A DNA stretch of 64,000 nt from Octopus vulgaris. Taxonomy: Eukaryota. The DNA is taken from positions 22,940,001 to 23,004,000 of the forward strand of contig OX597838.1 of the NCBI GenBank assembly GCA_951406725.2, read 5' to 3'. Shown piece by piece: positions 50,890-64,000 of this stretch; within the stretch, counting starts at the first letter, position 1; each line of letters starts with the position of its first letter. The notes beneath the pieces were generated by a model. The model was not told the origin of the DNA, did no database searches, and saw only the letters and a list, made by a program, of their open reading frames with translations. A program made the position numbers and the translations under genes.

Positions 50890-51281
50890 TTCTTTACTAC
50901 CCACAAGGGGCTAGACATAGAGGGGACAAACATTCACAGACAAGGGGATTAAGTCGATTACATCGACCCCAGTGCATAACTGGTACTTATATAATCGACC
51001 CCAAAAGGATGAAAGGTAAAGTTGACCTCAGCGGAATTTGAACTCAGAATGTAGCGGCAGACGAAATACCTATTTCTTTACCACCCACAAGGGGCTAAAC
51101 ACAGAGAGGACAAACAAGGACAGACAAACGGATTAAGTCGATTATATTGACCCCAGTGTGTAACTGGTACTTATTTAATCGACACCAAAAGAATGAAAGG
51201 CAAAGTTGACCTCGGCGGAATTTGAACTCAGAACGTAACGGCAGACGAAATACCGTTAAGCATTTCGCCCTGCGTGATAAC
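50890..51281 (-). mobile_element. SINE C with the same duplicated body as 7365-7780
   Basis: Identical junction gacgaaatac|ctatttcttta. Confidence 0.8.
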
Positions 51282-51283
51282 GA

Positions 51284-51314
<31 letters not shown>

Positions 51315-51324
51315 CATATAAATA

Positions 51325-51474
51325 CAGTAGAACTTTGCAGTACAAGTGCCCCAACGTAGAAGTAATTTGCTCTATGAGCTGAGACGCGAGTGAATTATTG
51401 ATTTGTAAAACAAGTAAATTGTAAGATGAGCTTGGTCATGGAACAAATTAAACTTGTACTGCGAGGTACCACTG
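51325..51474. mobile_element. Short Tigger-like MITE
   Basis: TA|CAGTAGAACTTTGCAGTACAAGT ... ACTTGTACTGCGAGGTACCACTG imperfect TIRs. Confidence 0.6.
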
Positions 51475-51486
51475 TGTATGTATGTA

Positions 51487-51519
<33 letters not shown>

Positions 51520-51523
<4 letters not shown>

Positions 51524-51958
51524 GCAGTGCTCCAGCATGGCCACAGTCAAATGACTGAAACAAATAAATCAATCGCAGTACTTATTCTTTGTAAGCTTAG
51601 TACTTATCCCATCAGTCTCTTTTGCCAAACCACTAAGTTATGAGGGATGTAAACACAAGTGATGGTTTGGGAACAAACACAGACACACAAACATATATGT
51701 ATGTATGTATGTGTATATATATATATATATATATACATATGTATGTATGTATGTATGTGTGTGTGTGTGTACATAGAATAGGCTTCTTTTGGTTTCTGTC
51801 TACGAAATCTATTCACAAGGCTTTGGTGGCCCGGGGGTATAGTAGAAGACACTTGCCCAAGGTGCCACACAGTAGGACTGAATCCCAAACCATGTGTTTG
51901 GTGAGCAGGCTACTTACCACACAGCCACTCCAGCACCTACGTCGAAGCCGGTGCCATA

Positions 51959-51989
<31 letters not shown>

Positions 51990-52947
51990 GCATGTGTGTA
52001 TATATATATATATATATATATGTTGCAAACCCCACTCCCAAGCCTCTCATATTTCTCTCCCTCGTATGCTAGTCACCTCAATCGTGCCCACTCACCCTGT
52101 CCAACCCTCTAAATCACCTATTCTCATCCCCTACATTGTCCCTTGCATGTCCCAACACACATCTTTACCATAATTACTCTCACTATCACTCTCTTTATCT
52201 TACTCTCCAACTCACTCTCCCTTTTTTATTTTTTCCAAAAGGGTTATCCATATATCGCACTGAGGCTATAGAAGACACTTGCCCAAGGTAATACACAGTG
52301 GGACTGAACCCAGAACCATGTGGTTGGGACGCGGTTGGGATCCACTCACAAGGCTTTGGTTGGCCCGAGGCCATACTAGAAGACACATACCCAAAGTGTT
52401 ACACAGTGGAACTGAACCCAGAATCATGCGATTAGGAAGCAAGCTTCTTACCATACAGCCACACTTGTGATTATAGGTAAAAAAATAAAAGTGGAAACAA
52501 CGTGGAATTATGCTTAAAGGGTTTTTTGCTGTTCCCGCCACCCTTAATTTACTCTCTTTTACTTGTTTCAGTCATTTGACTGCGGCCATGCTGGAGCACC
52601 GCCTTTAGTCGAGCAAATCGACCCCGGGACTTATTCTTTGTAAGCCCAGTACTTATTCTATCGGTCTCTTTTTTTGCCGAACCGCTAAGTGACGGGGATG
52701 TAAACACACCAGCATCGGTTGTCAAGCAATGCTAAGGGGACAAACACAGACACACAAACACACACATATATATATATATATATACGACAGGCTTCTTTCA
52801 GTTTCTGTCTACCAAATCCACTCACAAGGCATTGGTCGGCCCGGGGCTATAGCAGAAGACACTTGCCCAAGATGCCACGCAGTGGGACTGAACCCGGAAC
52901 CATGTGGTTGGTTAGCAAGCTACTTACCACACAGCCACTCCTGCGCC
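51520..52947 (-). mobile_element. Cluster of SINE A copies (51520-51940, 52260-52465, 52551-52947)
   Basis: Family match; the last copy is full-length. Confidence 0.8.
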
Positions 52948-53190
52948 TAATTGATTGGGATAATTATTTAAATTTTTGTTACATTAAGTGACTTTCATAA
53001 AATACTACCGGTTTCGATGTGTGCTTGTCTATCTTATCAAATATTAAAAAATTCCAAGTCAAAGTTTAGGAAATAAAAAATGAAAAATTGGAATTTAAAA
53101 CAGTTTGTTCTGGAGACCGCACATGGACTTAAATAGGTGTGACACACGAACAACTTGATTTGACATTAAAAATTCTATACAAAATGAGTA

Positions 53191-53282
<92 letters not shown>

Positions 53283-53459
53283 GAACATGTACATAAAGAA
53301 AACAGGTGTCTCTGTAGTAAACTAACAAACACATTTTTACATAGGGTGTGTCATAGCATATACCTGTGTTTCCATAACAACCAGCAACAAACGTCATTGA
53401 TGAAGAAAACCTCACGAGTTTTACACGTGTGTGTGTGTGTGTGTGTGTGTGTGCACGTG

Positions 53460-55024
53460 CAGGCAGATGGTTATGTGGTAGGAAGTTTGGTTCTCAACCA
53501 CATGGTTCTAGGTTCAGTCTCACTTTGTGGCACCTTGGGTTTAGCTTCAGGTAGGCCAAAGCCTTGTGAGTGGATTTGGTAGAAAGAAGTCGAAAGAAGC
53601 CTGTCATGTGTGTGTGTGTGTGTGTCCCATCGCTTGACAACCGATGTTGGTGTGTTTACATCCAAGTAACCTAGCGGTTCGTCAAAATAGTCCAATAAAA
53701 TAAGTACCAGACTTTACACAAAAATAATGAAAACAGAGGCTGATTCATTCAACCAAAAACTTTTCAAGGCAGTGCCCCAGCATGGCCGCAGTCTGATAGA
53801 CAGACAGGCAGATAGATAGACAGGACAGGTAGGCTGATAGATAGACAGACAGGCAGATAGATAGACAGACAGGCAGAAAGATAGACAGATGGGTAGATAG
53901 ACAGACAGGCAGATAGATAGACAGACAGGCAGATAGATAGACAGGCAGATAGATAGATAGACAGACAGGCAGATAGATAGACAGACAGACAGGCAGATAG
54001 ATAGACATACAGGCAGATAGACAGACAGGCAGGTAGATAGACAGACAGGCAGATAGATAGACAGACAGATAGACAGACAGGCAGATAGATAGACGGACAG
54101 GCAGATAGATAGACGGACAGGCAGATAGATAGACAGACAGGCAGGTAGATAGACAGACAGGCAGGCAGGTAGATAGACGGACAGGCAGATAGATAGACAG
54201 ACAGGCAGATAGATAGACGGACAGGCAGATAGATAGACGGACAGGCAGATAGATAGACAGACAGGCAGATAGATAGACGGACAGGCAGATAGATAGACGG
54301 ACAGGCAGATAGATAGACAGACAGGCAGATAGATAGACAGACAAGCAGGTAGACAGACAGGCAGGTAGATAGACAGACAGGCAGGCAGGTAGATAGACAG
54401 ACAGGCAGATAGATAGACAGACAGGCAGATAGATAGACAGACAGGCAGATAGATAGACAGACAGGCAGATAGATAGACAGACAGGCAGAAAGATAGACAG
54501 ACGGGCAGATAGACAGACAGGCAGATAGACAGACAGGCAGATAGATAGATAGATAGACAGGTAGGCTGATAGATAGACAGACAGGCAGAAAGATAGACAG
54601 ACGGGCAGATAGACAGACAGGCAGATAGATAGATAGACAGGTAGGCTGATAGATAGACAGACAGGCAGAAAGATAGACAGACGGGCAGATAGACAGACAG
54701 GCAGATAGACAGACAGGCAGATAGATAGTAGATAGATCTTTATAAATGCGAAGGCAATCATCACTCTGTGACAAGCCTTAACAACCTTTTAAATATATAT
54801 CTTTTACTTATTCCAGCCATTGGACTGCGGCCATGCTGGGGCACCCCCTTGAAGAACTTTTAGTCAAATGAATTGACACCAGTACTTTTATTTTCTGTAA
54901 TTTTTTAAAGCCTAGTACTTATTCTATTGATCTCTTTTGCCGAACCGCTAATGTTCTGGGGGACGTAAACACACCAACACCGGTTGTCAAGCTGTGGTAG
55001 GGGACAAATTGACACACACACACA

Positions 55025-55083
<59 letters not shown>

Positions 55084-55270
55084 ATGTTATCCCATGGTGG
55101 GTTGAATTTTTCAACCCCTATCTCATTTTATAATATATATATATATATGTATATATATATACGAAAGGTTTCTTTCAGTTTCCTCCTCGGTCAGCCCGGA
55201 GCTATAGTAGATGAACACTTGCCCAAGGTGTTACGCAGTTGGACTGAACCCGGAACTATGTATTTGAGAA
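53460..55270. mobile_element. Convergent SINE A copies (+ 53460-53795, - 54803-55270) around a GATA/GACA array
   Basis: Family match. Confidence 0.7.
53795..54735 (+). repeat. Compound GATA/GACA/GGCA tetranucleotide array
   Basis: 20-bp period gcagatagatagacagacag. Confidence 0.95.
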
Positions 55271-55603
55271 GCAGTTTGTTTGTAGCTGGTTACGCACAAT
55301 AATTCAGTTATCGTAGAAAAGTTTTATATATATATTCCTAGATAGTTCTTGTGTGTGTGTGTGTGAGTGTATACATTCACCGACATAATTGAAAACAAAC
55401 TTGTTTAATAATACGTGTTTTGTTTTCTGTTTTCTATCTCCAGTTTGAGTGTTTGTACTGCGCTATTGCTGTAATTTTATCTGATTAAAATCATATATTA
55501 GTTTTTTTTCGTTTTTGCCAAGTACTTTAAATACGAGAGGTTCCCCTCCAACACACACGCACACTGATAACTACCACTTAAGTATACTGATGTCTATACC
55601 TAT

Positions 55604-55686
<83 letters not shown>

Positions 55687-56087
55687 GTACATACACAAAC
55701 ATACTTATATAAATCAAACACAAATATATAACTAGATACACACATACATATACTTACATAGACAAACATACATACACAACTTATATATACATAAATGAAC
55801 ACGCATACATAGACAAACGTACTTATACACACACACACACATATATATATATACATATATATATATATTCAGCGGATCTCAGAATTAAACAGCCGAAATC
55901 TGCGATGAGGGATCAGTTTCTGACTGAAGAATGAAGGCTTTGAATGACCCGTTTGTCTTTTTGTTCGTCCCTTCGTGTATTTCACGTTATTTATTTATGT
56001 AAAGGTTTATTATATATATATATATATATATACACACACTCAAACATATATAAATATATTATGAAGAGATCTTGGGCCAGCAGTGTT

Positions 56088-56152
56088 TGGGGTCTGAAGA
56101 TGCGCGCGGTAAGGCTAAAACCCTTATGAGCGAGAAACCCAGGGTAACCCCA
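56088..56152 (+). ncRNA. Type I hammerhead ribozyme
   Basis: UGGGGU-CUGAAGA-[U..CGC..UAAGG/CCUUA..GCG A]-GAAAC-CCAGG-GUA-ACCCCA. Perfect 6-bp helix I, extended by outer UGGGCC/GGCCCA pairing; flanked by (TA)n. Confidence 0.75.
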
Positions 56153-56539
56153 TAGACCGGCCCACTTTATATTAGTAACTGCTCCGCTTCTCAGAGTGCG
56201 CTTTTCCCCTGATTTGTGTATTTCTACAAACGACATATATATACTTCTATAAAAACATACATTCATATATAATAATTATATATAAAAACAAAGTATTGAC
56301 TTTAGAATATACGTGTGTGTGTATATATATATACAGATATCTATATATATATATATATATTTATATATAAATCACACACTCACATATGTGTGTATAGACG
56401 AAGGGAGAAAGAAGTAACGATTTACCTGTAATTGTGTTTTAACTAAACAGGTTAAAGTATTTACCGTCCCAAACCTTCTGCTCGCTTGAACTGGCGGCGG
56501 TCTTAAGAATGATAGTAAGTATTAACTTAGGTGTGGTAT

Positions 56540-57220
56540 ACAAGTTGGTGGTGGTACGGTGATAGTGGCAGGATTAGTGGAGGCGAAGGTGACGATGGTG
56601 GTGGTGGTAGTGATTGTTGTAGTGGGAGTAAAAAGTAATAATACTGTTGTTGTTGTTGTTGGTGGTGGTGGTGATAGTCATACTGGCAGGGTTGGTGGAA
56701 ATGAAGGTGGTAATACAACTTAATACAACTGTTATGGTGATGGTGGTGGAAGTAAAAAAAAAAACGATAATACTTGTGTCGGCGGAGTTGATTGGTGTTA
56801 TTGATAGAGAGAGAGAGAGACAGAGATAAAGAGAGAGAGAGAGAGAGCGGCCTTGGTGGAGGCGTAGTGTGTGGTTTGTAATGGTGATGGTGGTGTTGGC
56901 GGTATTGTTGATGGTGGTGGTGGTGGTGGTCGTCGTCGTCGTGGTAGTGGTCATGCTGGTGTTTCTGATGTAGTTTTGATGCAGCTGTGGTGATGGAGGC
57001 CTTGTGGTAGTTAGTGGTGGTCATATTAGTCGTAGTGCTGGTGGTGGCCGTCAATGAGACTGTAGTTATGGTAGAGATGGCGGCAGTTGTATAATGATTG
57101 TGGTGGTGGTGGTGGTGGTGGTGGTAGTAGTGACGATAACATGATGTTACACCGATATTAGGTAACAATGGTGGTGGGGGGGCTGGAGGTGGTGGTGGTG
57201 ATCGTGGTGATCGTGGTGAA
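56540..57220 (+). repeat. Degenerate (GGT/GTT)n tract
   Basis: Low complexity. Confidence 0.8.
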
Positions 57221-58383
57221 GTTGGTCAATCCTGATTCAGCATATCTATCATATGATCAAAGATATTCCAATCACAACCATTCCACGTTTGGCAGCTTTT
57301 TTTTTTTTGGTATATCGAGGACGGTATGTCGACTACGAATGGACACATGAACCAATCCAATGTATGCCACCCTTCCTCCCTCCATTTTTTTTACGATGGG
57401 GTAGGGTGGGATTTATGGATAAGGACATTTGACTTCTATTTCTAGCAGAGTGAACGACCACGTAGAGACACAAGTCATCGACCGATTATGAAGTTGGTCT
57501 TCCCGCGAGTGAGCACCGATCGAAGGGACCGTTGATCAAAGGCAAATCTAGCCTTTCCCTTACTGCCGTTCCCCACCCTTTCCATGTGCAAGGAATACAG
57601 AACCACATTATCACACATGTGGTGCGAATCTGAGGTGGATTGGGCTACAATTTCTAACAACATAAAGCGGCGACCACATTGTGGTTTTCTTTCCCTCGTC
57701 GATGGACGTAAAAGTTGTTATAATAATGTTGGTGACGGCGTCGTTGGCTATCACCCAATCAAGATTGGTGAACTTAGCAAAACAAACAATCTCAGGTGTC
57801 GTTTGCTTGTTTGTCAAACAGCCAGGTAAGTGAATAAACTGCAGATGGAAAATAAAACGAAGAACAAAAAAAACGACAGACGATACAGAAGACACTAAAC
57901 GAGACGACGGTTAAAATAACTGATGCATGGCTGAATCCATATATACACGCACGCACGCACACATACAAACACATATATACACTGAGAGAGAGAGAGAGAG
58001 AGAATGGGAAGGGGGGAATTCTAGAATAGAGAAAGATGGTAGCTACGGTTACATACACACAAGAAGGGTTATAATTTATACTGAATGTAGTAATTGTATT
58101 CTTGTAATCCCTGTGTCAGCCTTGACCGAGTAGAGCCATGATCAAAAGACAAAGCATTCCAACCGTGACCATCACCTCTTAAAGCTTTTCTGGCACGATA
58201 GACGCGGTATCTATCTATCTATATAAATGTATAGCTACATGTGGTAAGAAGCTTTCTTCCTAACCACATGGTTCCAGGTTCAGTCCCACTGCGTGGCACC
58301 TTGGCAAGTGTCTTCTAGTATAGCCTTGAGCTGACCAAAACCTTGTGAGTAGATTTGATAGACGGAAACTCAAAGAAGCCCAT

Positions 58384-58420
<37 letters not shown>

Positions 58421-58909
58421 GCACGCACACACACACATGCTTGTATGTATGTATGTATATATATATACACACATACAGTATATATGTATATGTATACACA
58501 CATATACATATAAATAATATACATACATGTTAGTATGCATAACCCAGAGACCAGGTAAGCAATTACCTGCGACAACGGCGTAGCTAGAAAGCGCCACCCA
58601 AGACAGGCTGCCCTCTCCCTCACCAACTCCCCCTTTTCTCTTGCTACACTACTCACCTGTGAAGGATTGAACCATACGCAAGCAGACTGGCAACTTTACT
58701 CGGTAAGAAAGGTGTTATTTATGGACACTCCATGTTCAGAACAGGTTCCAAGTTAAGGAACGCCCTTGACCACGTCTACAGTGTGTAGTGTGCACTAGCG
58801 GGTGCGGTAGGGACAGTCCTCCCTGGGCGGCACTTTTGGGTCTGTTGTAGGCAATATGTGTATTTTATGGGGCCCGGGGGCGGCAAACTGAAGGGCCACC
58901 CCCGGGCAT

Positions 58910-60046
58910 GAAATTTTTTTTCCCACGAGAGTTCCGGCCCCCCAATTATGAACTCATTTGCATACAGCCAATCAGAGCTCAACTATCAAACTAATTTATG
59001 AGCGCATAACAAGCGATGGGCGATAAGATAAGGTCACTTGGGTAAGGAACGACCATGCTTCTTTGCTCTTTTAATAATGCTTGTTGTTTGCTGCGTAATT
59101 ATGTGTTGGTGTCTACTTTGTAAAACAGTTAGGGGAGAGGGTTGCAAGCTCATCACCCCCTACCCACATTTTTACCATATGGGGCCCTAACAAAATCCGG
59201 TAACAGATATAGATGCAAATCTATCTACCGTAAATCCTCGAGTATAATCCACATTTTTTCCCCAAAATTTAAAGGTCAAAATCCCTAGTGCGTACTATAC
59301 ACGAGGTTAAAAATGAAAATTATTTTCTAAGCAATGTCCGAGTCTCTATTTGCTGTCCGGCAATATTTATTCAGAAGCATTTTGTGATGTCGGGTGCGAA
59401 AATACCTTAAGCTAAGCCTGAAAGCAATGAAGTCATAAAAGAATCATCCATAACTTGCAATAAGCAACATTTATTAAACGTTATTACTGTTATTTCTTTA
59501 TTTTCTGCAAACAAAATGCACAAAAAAGCTACACGTTTGCATTGTTATATATACAATAATAATAGAGGACGTTACCGTATACATTTTTACAAACCAAGGG
59601 CGTTATATAGACCTCCTTGACTCAAGTTAGAGAAGGGGTGCGTATTATACACAAGGTTTAGGTTTTTCAGAGGTACAGCCCCTAAAAAATCTCCTGCGTA
59701 TTATACTCAAGGGCGGACTATACTCGAGGATTTACGGTAGTTACTTGTCTCCTAAAATCAAGCATAACTTGGCGATTGGTCGACTTATAACACCATTCTT
59801 TGTCTTTAGTTTACTTGGTAGAGTGTGTTTTACCAAGAGATTGGTTGTTTTTAACACATTCACAAACATTATGTTGGGCTTTGCGTCTAGGCATAATGTG
59901 AGGGTTGAACGGATCTGATCCTTCGTTATCCGTATGGCTGCCTCTGCATAGTTGTTTGTGTACGAGGTCAAAGTGAGCTCTGATTGGCTGTATGCAAATA
60001 AGTTCATTACTGGGATCCGGAGCTCTCGTGGAAAAAAAAAAATTTC
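58910..60046. mobile_element. Element with ~70-bp TIRs carrying octamer + CCAAT motifs, apparently nested in a GC-rich hAT-like MITE (~58787-60082)
   Basis: 58910-58981 is the reverse complement of 59974-60046. Flanks join as GGGCGGCA...CTAGCTACGC hAT-like termini. Confidence 0.6.
59228..59737 (+). mobile_element. Tigger/pogo-type MITE
   Basis: TA|CCGTAAATCCTCGAGTATA...TATACTCGAGGATTTACGG|TA; second copy at 62658. Confidence 0.85.
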
Positions 60047-60330
60047 GCGTTCTGGGCGGCACACACTCTAGCTACGCTGGTGGTAGTGTCTACACTTTTC
60101 CCAGCCTAACAACGTGTGTGCCACCTTATCTCAGCCCTAGCTTTTCGCCCCCTTCTGCCAACTCTTTAATAAGTGTATGTCTCCTTTTCCCAGCCCCACA
60201 ACGTGTGTGTCCCCTTTTTCCAGCCCTACATCGTGTATATCACTTTATCCCAATCCTGATTTTTCGCCACCTTCACCCAGCTCTTCAATAAACGTGTGTG
60301 CCCTTTCCCTTGTCCTAATTTTGCAACCAG

Positions 60331-60860
<530 letters not shown>

Positions 60861-61685
60861 AAAACATTAACTTCCAACTCCAAAATGTAAGCTCCCTTCC
60901 CTAGCCTTGCGATGTGCCCCTCCATTCTCCCTCTCCTACAATGTACTTTTACTTCTCCCAACCAGTGTGCGCACCTAGAGTGTTGCTGCCTGGGGTAACC
61001 CGAGAGCTTTCGCCTCCCCCAACCCGCGAACCTCCTCTCCTAACACCCACCCCGACCCGCACACACACCTGCCCCCACCCTACCCTATGCAGACTTATAT
61101 AGCAGACCCAAAAGTGTTGGCCCTACAAAAGCGTCACTCCATAGAGAAGACTTCCCCATCGCCCTCTCCTCTATCTATACAACTGCTTCCAGCCCTAAAA
61201 AATGAGTGCCCCCTTTTCTCAATCTAAAAATAAGCGCCCCAAAATCCTAGTCCTACAATGTAGTCGCTCTTCTTCCAGTCCTATATTGTATTAATCTTTT
61301 TTTTTTTTTCGTGTAAATTCCTTGAGGCGCCCTGCCTCTTTACACTTGCAGAAAAATGCAGTTGAAAACATCATAATTACATATATAAATTATCGTGCCG
61401 GGTTGAATATGTAGCTGTGAGAACAGCTATGAGTCGAGAGCAAACTTCACCAAGGACCAAATTCACTCTCCCCTTTTAGCATTAAAATGAGCTATATTTG
61501 TAGGCCTTATTCACAAAAATCCTAGTCATGCCGCCAGACTATCACGTAAACAAAAGAATTGATTGAATTGAAATGGGGTTTTCACACATAATGAACTCGT
61601 GATTTCCATATGGCCACACTTGGGGTCGAATCCAATTGTTATGCTTTCAACTTTTTATTTATTATTTTATGGCAAAAATGAATTA

Positions 61686-62245
61686 TTGGGTCGTTCAGAA
61701 AGTTTGTCCCGATTTTTAAAGGAAAGAAAAAGGTCAATAAATACTTGCCATTACATTTTTAATCAACCAGATATGAACCATTTTGTTGCACAATGCGTCT
61801 CCATCTTTCCTTTAACTTGAAAATACCCTCTTCCCAGAATTGAGGTGGCTTCATGGCAAAGAATTCATCAAGGTATCTTTTTACGTCATTCAAGAAATTT
61901 TTACCATTAAGACTATTCTGCAGAGACCTGAATAAGTGGAAATCCAAAGGAGCAATATCTGGTGAATATGGAAGATGGGGTAACACATCCCAGCCGAGCT
62001 GCAGCAATTCTTGTCTGGTTCCCAAAGCATCAAGTGCTGAAAATGAACTTTCTTATCTTCCATTTTAAATGGTTACAAAATTAACACAGGTTATAGGAAC
62101 ATAAACCTTCTTCCACGAAAAGATAGTTTAAACTGTGCTCTAAATGAAGGTGTAGTCAAATCCTATTTTATGGACTCAACTATGTTCTAAAATAAGTCGA
62201 AAGGTAAGCTACTATAAATCGGCACGAACTTTCTGGACAGCCCAA
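61686..62245 (-). mobile_element. Second copy of the same deleted mariner
   Basis: Same TIRs, TA TSD, same deletion junction, ORF 61759-62025 with YSPDIAP. Confidence 0.9.
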
Positions 62246-62657
62246 TATTTACCTCGTATCTGTTACGAGCATACGTGGCAAAATAAGTTGAGAGGCCGTG
62301 AAAAAAAAACTATATGTAGTAAGTTCTACACATCGTTTTCATGTTATGTCTTGTGGGCTGCCTTGATTAGCGTTGAGTAGGAAAAGGAAACTAATCACAA
62401 TATACCTGTAAAGGTATGTTTTCGAACAGATATCGGTATTGGGACGATTTTCTGGAGATCAACACTGTTTGAAAGATACAGAAAGTATTTGTCTTATTGA
62501 TATTTCCACTGAACATCCTGATCCTTTCTTGTCACTGGAATATCGAAGCTGATAGCTAGGGAATAGAATCAGTGTTGTACAAATATCTTCAGTCGCATAG
62601 CTAGCTCTGCTTCAGGTAACGCTTTTAGGGAAGTGACATTTTGGGGCTTGTTGTATA

Positions 62658-63150
62658 CCGTAAATCCTCGAGTATAATCTGCATTTTTTCCCAAAATTTA
62701 TAGGTCAAAATCCCTAGTGCATACTATATACAAGGTTAAAAATAGAAAATATTTTCTAAGCAATGTCCAAGTCTCTATTTGCTGTCTGGCTATGTTTATT
62801 CAGACGTATTTTGTGATGTCGGGCGCGAAAATACCTTAAGCTAAGCCTGAAAGCAATTAAGTCATAAAAGAATCATCCATAACTTGCAGTAAGCAACATT
62901 TATTAAACGTTATTTTTTATTTTCTGCAAACAAAATGCACGAAAAAGCTACACGTTTGCATTATGTTATAAATACAATAATAATAAAGAACGTTATCGTG
63001 TATAATTTTACAAACCAAGGACGTTATATAGACTTCCTTGACTCAAGTTAGAGAAGGGGTGCGTATTAGGTTTAGGTTTTTCAGAGGTACAGCCCCCCAA
63101 AATCTTCTGCGTATTATACTCAAGGGCGGACTATACTCGAGGATTTACGG
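62658..63150 (+). mobile_element. Tigger/pogo-type MITE, second copy
   Basis: Same TIRs and TA TSD; collinear with 59228-59737 apart from small indels. Confidence 0.85.
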
Positions 63151-63190
63151 TAGGTTATATGCTGTATAGGCCAGGTGGGAAGGGGTGCTA

Positions 63191-63742
63191 GATAGAAAAC
63201 TCATATTTATATAGTATGTAAAACGATGCGTAGAACTTACATATAGTTCTGTTTTTTTGTTTTTTTACGATCTCTCAACGTATTTTGCCACATATATTCA
63301 TAACAGACACGAGGTAAATAAAACAACACTCGTTCTGCATTATCACCCGAATTTCTTGTTGGTGAGTCTGTATCAACAGTATTCGATCCCGTGTTTTTTG
63401 TCACATAGAAATCAAAATTCGATCGTGTGCACAAACCCAATTGTTATCCAATCAACGGCAGTTGATCATATGATAGATAGCTCACATCATTTGTGTGTAA
63501 TACCAGATAAGAAGCAGGAGGAAAAAATACAAGAGTATATGGTTGGATTTTATTGTTGAGAGGTGGACCTACGTACGATAGATGGTTAGAGGAAACAGGT
63601 ATCGATATGTTGAAAGGTTCAGGATTTAAAAAGTAGAAAATGAGGCCACTCGTAAGTGGGGCGAGTGGTTCCATTTCCATTTTTCTTTATATGTAAGTAC
63701 TACGCATCGTTTTACATATTATATAAATATGAGTTTTCTATC
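63191..63742. mobile_element. Unclassified element with ~55-bp TIRs
   Basis: gatagaaaactcatatttatatagtatgtaaaacgatgcgtagaacttacatata versus its reverse complement at 63688-63742. Confidence 0.7.
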
Positions 63743-64000
63743 CAACAACAGGCGTCTTTCGACTGAGAACGAATCAAAATGAGCTGGCGTGTATGGAGTG
63801 AAAGCCAGGAACAAAGGCAGGAACATAGGAGACGGACATAAAGAGAGAATGAGTAAGCAAAACAGGTGGTCTCCCTATAGAACATTTAATTTATAATTCC
63901 AACTTAGTGCAGAGTAATAGTAAACAATAGGAGTAGGAGTGGCTATGGTAAGTAGCTTGCTTAGGAACCACATGGTTTAGGGTTCAGTCCCACTGCGTGG

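Noticed and set aside
53745-54774. 336- and 339-aa ORFs
   Set aside because: Translations of a GATA/GACA tetranucleotide array that lacks stops on one strand.
56134-56148. X-box-like GAAACCCAGGGTAAC
   Set aside because: Better explained as helix III and the cleavage site of the hammerhead.

Overview
AT-rich, repeat-saturated animal genomic DNA; the SINE/RTE families and (TA)n/(CA)n load suggest an octopus (coleoid cephalopod), which is an inference from recognition and not a database result. One real gene is visible: five phase-compatible minus-strand coding exons (15833-15750, 14420-14299, 8085-7929, a 25-nt micro-exon 5573-5549, 2210-1906). They give 231 aa of a secreted, heavily N-glycosylated protein with tandem lamin-tail-domain (LTD)-like repeats that runs off the left edge. 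Everything else is intronic or intergenic: dozens of tRNA-derived SINEs of about four families, RTE LINE 3' ends, deleted mariner elements, Tigger/pogo, piggyBac-like and hAT-like MITEs, a non-autonomous Helitron, and a 3.7-kb SINE-tail-derived satellite with 95/138-bp higher-order structure. The most unusual signal is a set of sequence-unrelated small elements inserted in (TA)n tracts, several of them foldback palindromes, carrying type I hammerhead ribozyme folds (4416-4509 -, 4561-4653 +, 36915-36995 +, 40760-40830 -, 41249-41294 -, 56088-56152 +); these look like Penelope-like or retrozyme-like non-autonomous elements. Nearly all ORFs in the supplied track are microsatellite or SINE artefacts. 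Repeat boundaries are read by eye and approximate.
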